A DNA stretch of 64,000 nt. It comes from an uncultured Monoglobus sp. (GTDB taxonomy: Bacteria > Bacillota > Clostridia > Monoglobales > Monoglobaceae). The notes beneath the pieces were generated by a model that was not told the origin of the DNA, did not search any database, and saw nothing but the letters and a program-made list of their open reading frames with translations. The position numbers and the translations under genes are program-made. How positions within the stretch are numbered: the first letter of the stretch is position 1; the number at the start of each line of letters is the position of its first letter. The DNA lies in the NCBI GenBank assembly GCA_947630505.1, contig CANRHV010000006.1, positions 2,589 through 66,588 on the forward strand. The letters run 5' to 3'. Shown here in pieces: positions 51,061 to 59,613 of the stretch.

Positions 51061-52257
51061 ATGTCATTATTTATTTCAGAAAAAGCCAAAAGCATCTCCC
51101 CTTCCCCCACTCTCGCGATTGACGCAAGATATAAGGAAATGATAAAAGAGGGTATTCCCGTTGTAGGCTTCGGCGCGGGAGAGCCTGATTTCAACACGCC
51201 CGAAAACGTTAAGCGCGCGGGTATCAGCGCCATAAACGCCAATTTCACAAGATATACTCCCGCCTCCGGCACCCTTGATTTAAAGCATGCGGTTTGCCGC
51301 AAGATAAAGCGCGACACCGGGCTTGAGTACGGCGTTGAAAATATCGTGATAAGCAACGGCGGAAAGCACTCGCTTTCAAACGTGTTTATATGTATTTGCA
51401 ATCCCGGCGACGAGGTCATACTTCCGGCGCCTTATTGGGTAAGCTATCCCGAAATGATAAAAATCGCCGACGCGACCACGGTCGTTATAAACACTACCGA
51501 GGAAAACGATTTTAAATTTACTCCCGATCAGCTCCGCGCTGCGATCACTCCGAGGACGCGCGCGCTGGTGCTCAACACTCCAAGCAATCCCACCGGCATG
51601 ATATACACAAAAGCGGAGCTTGAGGAAATTGCTAAGATCTGCGTCGAGAATAATATATACGTTGTTTTTGACGAGATATACGAAAAGCTTATTTACGAGG
51701 GCAAGCATGTAAATATCGCCACATTGGGTGAGGATATCAAAAAGCTTACGATTATTGTGAACGGTATGGCAAAGGCCTATTGCATGACGGGCTGGAGGAT
51801 CGGCTATATGGCAGCCGAGCCCGAGATCGCCAAGGCTGTCTCGAACATCCAAAGCCACATGACCTCAAACCCCTGCTCGATTGCGCAGGCAGCCTCTGTT
51901 GAAGCCTTGGACGGCGACCAGAGCGTAATTGATGATATGAAGCACGAATACATAACACGCCGCGACTATATGGTTAAGCGGATCAAATCGATCGACGGCG
52001 TAAGCTGCCTTAATCCCCACGGCGCGTTTTATATATTTATGAACGTGAGAGAATCGCTCGGCAAGGAACACTATGGAAAAATGATAAACACCGCCAATGA
52101 GTTCTGCGCCGATGTTCTCGACAAAGCACTGGTCGCGATGGTACCCAGCGAGGGCTTCGGAATTGACGGATATGTTCGTCTGTCATACGCTACCTCGATG
52201 GAAAACATAAAGACAGGCCTTGACAGACTCGAAAAATATTTGATGGGAGAATGTTAG
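51061..52257 (+). CDS. aspB: Class I PLP-dependent (aspartate) aminotransferase
   Basis: GAGEPDF, NTPSNPTG, DEIYE, NGMAKAYCMTGWRIG (PLP Lys present). Confidence 0.88.
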   Translation: MSLFISEKAKSISPSPTLAIDARYKEMIKEGIPVVGFGAGEPDFNTPENVKRAGISAINANFTRYTPASGTLDLKHAVCRKIKRDTGLEYGVENIVISNGGKHSLSNVFICICNPGDEVILPAPYWVSYPEMIKIADATTVVINTTEENDFKFTPDQLRAAITPRTRALVLNTPSNPTGMIYTKAELEEIAKICVENNIYVVFDEIYEKLIYEGKHVNIATLGEDIKKLTIIVNGMAKAYCMTGWRIGYMAAEPEIAKAVSNIQSHMTSNPCSIAQAASVEALDGDQSVIDDMKHEYITRRDYMVKRIKSIDGVSCLNPHGAFYIFMNVRESLGKEHYGKMINTANEFCADVLDKALVAMVPSEGFGIDGYVRLSYATSMENIKTGLDRLEKYLMGEC

Positions 52258-52291
52258 ATACTGAAACTCGGAAAGGAAAATAAAGAAAATT

Positions 52292-53719
52292 ATGAGCAAA
52301 AATATTTATGAAAGTCCCCTGAGCTCTCGCTACGCAAGCTCGGAAATGAAATACCTGTTCTCGCCCGACAAAAAGTTCAAGACCTGGCGCAAGCTGTGGG
52401 TCGCTTTGGCGGAATCCGAAATGGAACTGGGCCTTAACGTCACACCCGAGCAGGTCGCGGAGCTTAAAGCCAACATGGATAATATCAACTACGCCGAGGC
52501 GGAGGCAAGAGAAAAGGAAGTTCGTCACGACGTTATGTCGCACGTATATGCCTACGGCCTCCAGTGCCCGAAGGCAAAGGGTATAATCCACTTGGGCGCA
52601 ACCTCATGCTATGTGGGCGACAACACCGACTTAATCATCATGAACGAGGCGCTTGAGCTTATCCGCGGCAAGGTCGTTAAAGTTATCTCTCTGCTGCGCG
52701 ATTTCGCTTTGAAGTATAAAGATATGCCCACTCTTGGCTTCACTCATTTTCAGGCGGCGCAGCTGACAACGGTCGGCAAACGCGCGACCCTCTGGATATG
52801 GGAGCTTTTGATGGACCTTGAAAATATCGACTTTCAGCTTTCCAGAAAAGCCCTGCTGGGCTGCAAAGGTACGACCGGAACTCAGGCAAGTTTTATGGAG
52901 CTGTTCGACGGAGATATTGAAAAAGTTAAGCAGCTCGATAAAAAAATATGCGAAAAAATGGGATATGACAAATTCTATCCCGTGTCGGGCCAAACGTATT
53001 CAAGAAAAGTTGACTATCACATGCTGTCGGTCCTGAGCGATATCGCCCAGAGCGCATATAAATTCGCCAACGATATACGACTGCTCCAGCATCTTAAAGA
53101 GATCGAGGAACCGTTTGAAAAGTCTCAGATAGGCTCATCGGCGATGGCGTATAAGCGCAATCCGATGCGCAGTGAGCGCATATGCTCGCTTGCGCGTTAC
53201 GTGCTGGTCGACGCGGTAAATCCCGCGATCACTTCCTCCACTCAGTGGTTCGAGCGCACGCTTGACGATTCGGCTAACAAGCGTCTCAGCGTTGCCGAAG
53301 GTTTTTTGGCGGTTGACGCAATACTTAACATTTACATGAACGTGGCTTCGGGATTGGTGGTTTACCCCAAGGTCATCCGCAACAGAATAATGTCCGAGCT
53401 GCCCTTTATGGCGACCGAGAATATTTTGATGGACGCAGTAAAGGCGGGCGGAGACCGCCAGGAGCTTCACGAGCTTATTCGCGAACACTCCATGGAAGCC
53501 GGAAAAGTGGTTAAAGAGCAGGGCGGAGAAAACGATTTGATTGAAAGAATAATTGCTGATCCCGCCTTTAATCTGAGCCGCGAGGATATCGAGGGAATAC
53601 TGAAACCCGAAAACTATATCGGCAGATGCGAAAGCCAGGTGACCGAGTTTATCGCGGAATATGTAGACCCCGCGCTCTCGGGAAGCGACGCGGCAGACGA
53701 GGTCGAGCTGACTGTTTAA
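52292..53719 (+). CDS. purB: Adenylosuccinate lyase
   Basis: RHDVMSH, IHLGATSC, GFTHFQAAQ, GSSAMAYKRNP. Confidence 0.96.
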   Translation: MSKNIYESPLSSRYASSEMKYLFSPDKKFKTWRKLWVALAESEMELGLNVTPEQVAELKANMDNINYAEAEAREKEVRHDVMSHVYAYGLQCPKAKGIIHLGATSCYVGDNTDLIIMNEALELIRGKVVKVISLLRDFALKYKDMPTLGFTHFQAAQLTTVGKRATLWIWELLMDLENIDFQLSRKALLGCKGTTGTQASFMELFDGDIEKVKQLDKKICEKMGYDKFYPVSGQTYSRKVDYHMLSVLSDIAQSAYKFANDIRLLQHLKEIEEPFEKSQIGSSAMAYKRNPMRSERICSLARYVLVDAVNPAITSSTQWFERTLDDSANKRLSVAEGFLAVDAILNIYMNVASGLVVYPKVIRNRIMSELPFMATENILMDAVKAGGDRQELHELIREHSMEAGKVVKEQGGENDLIERIIADPAFNLSREDIEGILKPENYIGRCESQVTEFIAEYVDPALSGSDAADEVELTV

Positions 53720-53744
53720 ATTTTAAAAGATTGGAGCAATTTTT

Positions 53745-54533
53745 ATGAAAATCGGATTTATAGGCGGCGGAAACATGGCGTCCGCGCTGATAAACGGATT
53801 TATCTCATCCGGCAAAACTGCCGCCGAAAATATAATCGTGTTCGACACCGACGCCGAAAAACTTAGCAATATGGCAGAGACTTTGGGAATTTCTCCCGCC
53901 TCCTCCGCCTCCGATGTTGAATCCTCGGCGGATATTGTTGTTCTTGCGGTCAAACCCAACGTTATGCCGATAATACTTGACGAGCTCAGCGGCGTTGACG
54001 GAAAGATATATATCTCGATCGCCGCGGGAATCAGCCTGGAAAAGCTGGAATCCGGCATCGGAGCAGATAAAAAAATAATACGCACCATGCCGAACACTCC
54101 GGCGCTTGTGGGCTGCGGCATGACGGTAATTACGCCGAATAAAAATATTTCGCAGAACGAGCTTAAGCAAATCGAGGACCTGCTCAAAGGAATAGGCGAA
54201 ACGGTTATCCTTGAGGAAAAATATATGAATCCCGCAATCGCGCTTCACAGCAGCAGCCCGGCGTATATCTATATGCTGATAGACGCTATGGCTGACGCGG
54301 GCGTTAAATACGGAATACCGAAGGCGCTTGCGCTGAAGCTTGCGGCCAAGGCGGTCGAGGGCAGCGCGAAGATGGTTCTCGAAACGGGCATCCATCCCGA
54401 GCAGCTCAAGGACAACGTGTGCAGTCCGGGCGGTACAACGATCGCCGCGGTCTGCGAGCTCGAGCGCTCGGGCTTCAGAACATCCGTTCAGGGCGCCATC
54501 GACGCGTGCGTTGATAAAGCGAATAATATATGA
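53745..54533 (+). CDS. proC: Pyrroline-5-carboxylate reductase
   Basis: GFIGGGNM, LAVKP, RTMPNTP, VCSPGGTTI. Confidence 0.96.
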   Translation: MKIGFIGGGNMASALINGFISSGKTAAENIIVFDTDAEKLSNMAETLGISPASSASDVESSADIVVLAVKPNVMPIILDELSGVDGKIYISIAAGISLEKLESGIGADKKIIRTMPNTPALVGCGMTVITPNKNISQNELKQIEDLLKGIGETVILEEKYMNPAIALHSSSPAYIYMLIDAMADAGVKYGIPKALALKLAAKAVEGSAKMVLETGIHPEQLKDNVCSPGGTTIAAVCELERSGFRTSVQGAIDACVDKANNI

Positions 54534-54556
54534 TCGGTTCATATTAACCTTAATTT

Positions 54557-54580
54557 GGGCGGTGTTAAGCCGCCCGTTTT
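54557..54580 (+). terminator. Intrinsic terminator after proC
   Basis: GGGCGG / CCGCCC stem followed by GTTTT. Confidence 0.6.
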
Positions 54581-54597
54581 AATTCGGAGGAATTTTT

Positions 54598-55728
54598 ATG
54601 AAAGTCTGCGGCATAATCTGCGAGTACAATCCGTTTCACAACGGACACAAATACCAAATCGATATTTTAAAGCAAAATTACGGCTTTGACGCTGTCGTAT
54701 GCCTTATGAGCGGAAATTATACCCAGCGCGGCGATATAGCAATTTTTGATAAAAATATCAGAACAAGAGCCGCGCTGAAATGCGGAGCCGATCTTGTGCT
54801 TGAGCTGCCTGCGATTCACGCGATGCAAACTGCCGAGGTTTTCGCGCGGAACGCGGTATATATATTATCCGAGTCTGGAATAATCGACTATCTCGCGTTC
54901 GGCGCCGAGTGCGCCGACACATCCATACTCAAAAAAATCGCGGAACTTTTAGCGTTTGAGCCCGCACGATTTAAGGACGCACTAAAATCCGAGCTGGATT
55001 TCGGAAAACCGTTTTTCACAGCGCGTGCCGTGGCTGTTGAGCGTATGCTCGGCAAGTCCGCCGCCGAGATTATAGCAGGACCAAATAATATTTTGGCTGT
55101 TGAGTACATAAAATCGCTGCTCAGATTCGAAAGCGGGATTGAGCCCGTCGCGGTCAAGCGCGTTTACTCCGAGCATAATGACAATAACATAAGCGGTGAA
55201 ATATCATCGGCTACCGCCGTGCGCGAGGCGCTCTATAGCGGCGATGATCGGGCATATGACGCTCTGCCGCAAAATTTAATCAGACTTTATAAAAACGCGG
55301 ACATCCACAATATAGAAAATCTGAACGCCGCCATTATATCCAAAATCATGCTTTCGGACCCGAAAAACTTAAAAGATATTTCCGATATCGGCGAAGGTCT
55401 CGAAAACAAGCTAATATCCGCCGCGTGCGCTTCTCACAGCTTTTTTGAGCTTTGCGAAAATATCAAATCCAAACGCTACGCCCACAGCAGGATCAGGCGT
55501 ATCGTGCTGTCCGCCTTTTTGGACATAACAAAAAAAGACGCCGCGACGCCTCCGCAGTATATAAAAATACTCGACTTTAACGACACGGGACGCGAACTGC
55601 TTCACCGCGCAAAAAAAGCTTCCGCGCTGCCTCTCGCGAAAAACAGAAACAGCATAAAAAACCTGCCCTCCGCCCTTAAAATCTGGGACAGAGAGCTGAT
55701 ATTTGACGATATTTATAATTTATCTTGA
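54598..55728 (+). CDS. tmcAL: tRNA(Met) cytidine acetate ligase (HIGH nucleotidyltransferase, YlbM family)
   Basis: GIICEYNPFHNGH, MSGNYTQRG, PNNILAVEY, SSATAVR, KSKRYAHSRIRR. Confidence 0.88.
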   Translation: MKVCGIICEYNPFHNGHKYQIDILKQNYGFDAVVCLMSGNYTQRGDIAIFDKNIRTRAALKCGADLVLELPAIHAMQTAEVFARNAVYILSESGIIDYLAFGAECADTSILKKIAELLAFEPARFKDALKSELDFGKPFFTARAVAVERMLGKSAAEIIAGPNNILAVEYIKSLLRFESGIEPVAVKRVYSEHNDNNISGEISSATAVREALYSGDDRAYDALPQNLIRLYKNADIHNIENLNAAIISKIMLSDPKNLKDISDIGEGLENKLISAACASHSFFELCENIKSKRYAHSRIRRIVLSAFLDITKKDAATPPQYIKILDFNDTGRELLHRAKKASALPLAKNRNSIKNLPSALKIWDRELIFDDIYNLS

Positions 55729-55729
55729 T

Positions 55730-57595
55730 TTAATATATTGATATAACACCGTTAGTTTTTTCAATCGTGTACGCAAGATGATCGGTCGTTTTTTCGCCGA
55801 CAGCCTCCATGTAGAGGAAATGCGTTCCGTCGGAAAGCTGCGTCGTATCAATTACTGCTTTGTACGGGATCTCGGTTTTTGTGTCAATAAGTGAGCCGTC
55901 TATATAATAATTCACGCGCTCGGTATACTGTTCGGGCTGATATACATAACCGTAGATCGGTATGCTTACGCCGCTGAACTTCCTGCCGCGAACGGGCTTA
56001 AACACAAATCTCGGAGACGCGTCCTTGCTCATCAGATACTGTCCGTTTGAAAACGCCTCATCCATTATCTTGACATAATTCGGTTTAAAGCTCAGATCAA
56101 AACCGATAACCTCGGATGCCATGTCATGATTGAAATAAACGACGCTCTTGAGCTGCGGATATCTCATCGCGGCGTACCAATACATATTGCGCATTCTCGT
56201 CTCTCCCCAGCGGTCGATATTCTCATCGGTATAGGAAAGTCTGCTCACAACTCCGCCCTCGCTTATCGCGAGCGGCTTTTTTATATTGTATTCCGCCATA
56301 AAATCCGTGATATACTTGAGCGAGTTTGTTGTGAACCCGAAATCACCGAGGGTAAAATAGATCTGTGATTCGCGTGATGTGACGACCTCTGAACCGTCCA
56401 CTATATCAAGGCTGCTGAAAAAATCTTTTTTTGAAAAAGAGGAAACGCCGACCCAATCAACATATTCATCGCCCGGATAGTAATACCAAAACGGCCTGTC
56501 GAGGGAGCCGCTGTCGTTCGGCGACCACATAACAGCGAAATTCGGGTATGTGTGGACCATATCGGCAATTTTCCTGAACGCCTTGACATACGCCGACGGC
56601 GAGTCGCCCAAATACCCGATATTCATCTCACCGCCAAATCTGATAATTGTCGGCTTGCCGAGCTTGTTCAGGTTGTCGAGAGTCTCTTTGATATATACGT
56701 CATTTTCGGGATCAAGCGCGAGATTTATGTCCTTTATGTTCCACGGCACCTGGCTGACCGCGTCTTTTTCGGGTATAATATAGCTGCTCGGCTTGTTCAA
56801 AGTTTTTTGGAAATCGTCAAACTCGATATACGACGAGTATATTCCGAAGTCGTGGTCAAATACCGGCGGCTTTCCGATTTCCGGATCGCCGTTTCCGTCA
56901 CTGACGATTCCGGCGTATATTCCCGCTCTCGGTTCAAGCCTCGCTCCGAAATACTCCGCCTCATCGGGAGGAGCCTCGGTATATATCTCAAGTTCGGTTT
57001 TATCGACCCTTGATTCCATATCTTGAAGCAGCGCCGCCCAATCCCAAACCTTGGGGCGGAATACGTTTATATTAAAGCAATTGTTTTCAGCGTCATATCC
57101 GCCGTTCATATTGTAGTCCGACCAGCCCCACCAAAGGTTGTAATCATCGGTTAGAGCGACCAGATCGTCAACGCTGACGCAAGCGTAATTATCCAAAGCG
57201 TAAGCGTTTATTTTTACATCGTTAATGCGCGTGTCCAAAGAGCATATCTGAGCGGCATGATTCGAAACATTGATCGGGCGCGGCTCGGGTTCGCCGACTA
57301 TATCCGATGTTGTTCTGAGATTTATTATATTATTCCCCGGGTCATAATTCATCTCAAAGCCGTAACGGGTGAGATCGTCAAGCGAGATCAAGATTTTGCC
57401 ATTGCAATAATAAGCCTGAATTCTGTATCCGTCAAGATAAACCGGAAAATCTGTCGGGCTGTATGCACACGAGAATGGATCGCCTAACTTTTCGCCTCGG
57501 CATATATCTCCGCATATAAGAACAGCTGTTATGGAAAGCGCGACCATCAGCGCCAAAAACAGCAAAAAATTAAAACGGGAACATTTTGTTTTCAT
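55730..57595 (-). CDS. Secreted GH26-like glycoside hydrolase with an accessory N-terminal domain and C-terminal Ig-like domain
   Basis: Signal peptide; IIRFGGEMN (acid/base), YYPGDEYVDWVGVS, PLAISEGG (nucleophile); C-terminal VNYYIDG..PY Ig-like segment. Confidence 0.72.
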   Translation of the reverse strand: MKTKCSRFNFLLFLALMVALSITAVLICGDICRGEKLGDPFSCAYSPTDFPVYLDGYRIQAYYCNGKILISLDDLTRYGFEMNYDPGNNIINLRTTSDIVGEPEPRPINVSNHAAQICSLDTRINDVKINAYALDNYACVSVDDLVALTDDYNLWWGWSDYNMNGGYDAENNCFNINVFRPKVWDWAALLQDMESRVDKTELEIYTEAPPDEAEYFGARLEPRAGIYAGIVSDGNGDPEIGKPPVFDHDFGIYSSYIEFDDFQKTLNKPSSYIIPEKDAVSQVPWNIKDINLALDPENDVYIKETLDNLNKLGKPTIIRFGGEMNIGYLGDSPSAYVKAFRKIADMVHTYPNFAVMWSPNDSGSLDRPFWYYYPGDEYVDWVGVSSFSKKDFFSSLDIVDGSEVVTSRESQIYFTLGDFGFTTNSLKYITDFMAEYNIKKPLAISEGGVVSRLSYTDENIDRWGETRMRNMYWYAAMRYPQLKSVVYFNHDMASEVIGFDLSFKPNYVKIMDEAFSNGQYLMSKDASPRFVFKPVRGRKFSGVSIPIYGYVYQPEQYTERVNYYIDGSLIDTKTEIPYKAVIDTTQLSDGTHFLYMEAVGEKTTDHLAYTIEKTNGVISIY

Positions 57596-57674
57596 ATAAT
57601 CACCGCCTGTAATCCGTATATTATGTTAGACGATAAAATTCAAAAAAAGTTCCCGTTTTATGAAAATTTTTAAA

Positions 57675-58448
57675 TTATTTGCGTTTAAACAGCGTTCCGA
57701 TGCTTTCGCCCTTAATTATCTTATAGATATTCTCGGGCGAGTTTCCGTTGGTAAGCACCATGTCAATACCGTGCCTTGTGGCGTAATCCGCGGCTTTGAG
57801 CTTGGTTTTCATTCCGCCTGTTCCGCGCGAGCTGCCCTCGGCTCCGGCAAACGACTTGATCTCATCGCTGATTTTTTTGACGATCGGAATAATTCGGGCA
57901 GCTTTGTTTTGTCGCGGGTCTGCGTCGTAAAATCCGTCGATATCAGAAAGGACTATTAAAAGGTCGGCGCGAACCAACTCCGCCACATATGCCGACAAAG
58001 TGTCGTTGTCTCCGAACTCGATCTCATATGTCGAAATAACGTCGTTCTCGTTTACTATCGGAACGACTCCGTATTTAATCATCGAGTCGAACGCTCGGCG
58101 CGCGCTGTTGTATCTGGTTTCTTCGTCCAGAATAAACTTCGTCAGCAGCACCTGACCGGTGTTATAGCCGTATTCCTTAAAAAACTTATCGTATATTGCA
58201 AGCAGCCCGACCTGACCGATTGCCGCGAGCGCCTGCTTTTCTTTGGTGGACGCGGGCCTCTCCTCAAGGCCGACAACGCCCATCCCCGCGCCTATAGCTC
58301 CGCTCGATACCAAAACGACCTCGTGCCCCGCGTTCTTGACGTTGGCGATGACGCGAACCAGCTTCTCTATTCTTTCAAGATCAAGCTTGCCGTTTTTGTG
58401 CGTCAAGCTCGAAGTTCCGACTTTTATAACAAACCGTTTTTTCTTCAT
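57675..58448 (-). CDS. proB: Glutamate 5-kinase (no PUA domain)
   Basis: [36 protein letters not shown]. Confidence 0.96.
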   Translation of the reverse strand: MKKKRFVIKVGTSSLTHKNGKLDLERIEKLVRVIANVKNAGHEVVLVSSGAIGAGMGVVGLEERPASTKEKQALAAIGQVGLLAIYDKFFKEYGYNTGQVLLTKFILDEETRYNSARRAFDSMIKYGVVPIVNENDVISTYEIEFGDNDTLSAYVAELVRADLLIVLSDIDGFYDADPRQNKAARIIPIVKKISDEIKSFAGAEGSSRGTGGMKTKLKAADYATRHGIDMVLTNGNSPENIYKIIKGESIGTLFKRK

Positions 58449-58493
58449 TATGTATAAAATCCTCCGTTTAATAACATTTGATTGAACCAAAAC

Positions 58494-58522
58494 ATTATAG
58501 CAGGATTTTAATAAATTGTCAA
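58494..58522 (-). promoter_or_regulatory. SigA-type promoter of proB
   Basis: Minus strand TTGACA-17 bp-TATAAT with TG extension. Confidence 0.75.
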
Positions 58523-58591
58523 TAATCGTAATTATTCCAATATAATCACTATCTCTGCGCAGTTATTCCAAAATGTTTGCTATAACTTAAA

Positions 58592-59152
58592 CTATACAGC
58601 AGAATCTCTTCCAAAATCCAATGTGTCTATGCCCTTTTGGTCTATCAAATTTTCAAATTCAATAATACCGTTTTTAATAATATACTCGACCTCATTATCC
58701 GTTACGGGAAGCAGATAAAGCCAGGCAACAACGCAGTCACCGCAATCCAATGATTTATAATCATCCCAATATGGAGGAGTCAACAAAACCGCATGTTTTG
58801 TCGTAGCGTCTTCAATATAATTTTTGTAAACATTTTCAATTATAAATCCAGGATAGGCTGATTTTTCATCCATTATGTAAAATGCCGCTTCCGCTACAAT
58901 ATTTTCAAGATTCTCAAAATCGCTGTCAGCTATTGATATGAGTTCCACCCTCAATGGCTTATCATCAATATTCAGGCTTATCTCTGTGTCACACAATCCT
59001 ATTGTAGACACAACAATACTGTCCGAGTAACGGCTGTTTACAGATGTCATTATGTCAATTGATTTTGATTTGTCCCCGTTATGATACTCAAAAACCTTAG
59101 GCTTGCCGCCTATAAAATTCAACGCATACTTCGCAATACTTTTCTTATTCAT
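58592..59152 (-). CDS. SuFu-family immunity/antitoxin protein (B. subtilis YqcF-like)
   Basis: GGKPKV..Y, SIDI, STIGL, PLRVEL, AF.I, PG.I..NV, KH, PP.W, V.WL..LP..E, GID..R.S.V match the YqcF/SUFU pattern as recalled; RBS GAGGTG. Confidence 0.82.
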   Translation of the reverse strand: MNKKSIAKYALNFIGGKPKVFEYHNGDKSKSIDIMTSVNSRYSDSIVVSTIGLCDTEISLNIDDKPLRVELISIADSDFENLENIVAEAAFYIMDEKSAYPGFIIENVYKNYIEDATTKHAVLLTPPYWDDYKSLDCGDCVVAWLYLLPVTDNEVEYIIKNGIIEFENLIDQKGIDTLDFGRDSAV

Positions 59153-59167
59153 GTTAAAACACCTCTT

Positions 59168-59611
59168 TTAATCTCCAAAATATGAATTTGTTTTGTCTTC
59201 ACCTTTATGGCTTCTGTTCGAACTTGGCAATTCGGGTCTATATTTATTGGGATCATTATACTCGTTTAAAAACTCAGATCTGCTTATTCCTCTGCGCGCG
59301 GCGCTCTCCTGATGTTTTTTAAACTCATGTCCCGGCTTATGTCCCATATCCCACGGTTTATTTTTTGACATATATCTTCCGCTAACAGGGTCTCTGACTC
59401 TGCCGTGCTCATCTTTTGCGTTATCCCAAGCCGTATCGCGAACACCTTTTCTGAAATTCGTCGGACGTTTATATGTTTCGGGGATTCTATTGTTTAAAGA
59501 CTTTTCAGCTTCCCTGTGAGTTGTTTTCGTTTCGGGAAGTGTCTTGTTTATTTTTTCTATTCTATTATTATGAGTTCTTTTAACCTCATTCACTTCATGT
59601 AGTTTTTCCAA
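59168..59611 (-). CDS. Stand-alone GH-E (HNH/EndoVII) nuclease toxin, resembling the YqcG C-terminal domain
   Basis: FRKGVRD, VRDP, PWDMGHKPGHEF, EFLNEYNDP, PELPSSNRSHKGE...YFGD; only ~45 aa precede the domain. Confidence 0.87.
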   Translation of the reverse strand: MEKLHEVNEVKRTHNNRIEKINKTLPETKTTHREAEKSLNNRIPETYKRPTNFRKGVRDTAWDNAKDEHGRVRDPVSGRYMSKNKPWDMGHKPGHEFKKHQESAARRGISRSEFLNEYNDPNKYRPELPSSNRSHKGEDKTNSYFGD

Positions 59612-59613
59612 GT

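Noticed and set aside
57604-57631. XerD-arm-like CGTATA-TTATGTTAGAC
   Set aside because: No XerC-like arm; it lies in the upstream region of the GH26-like gene.
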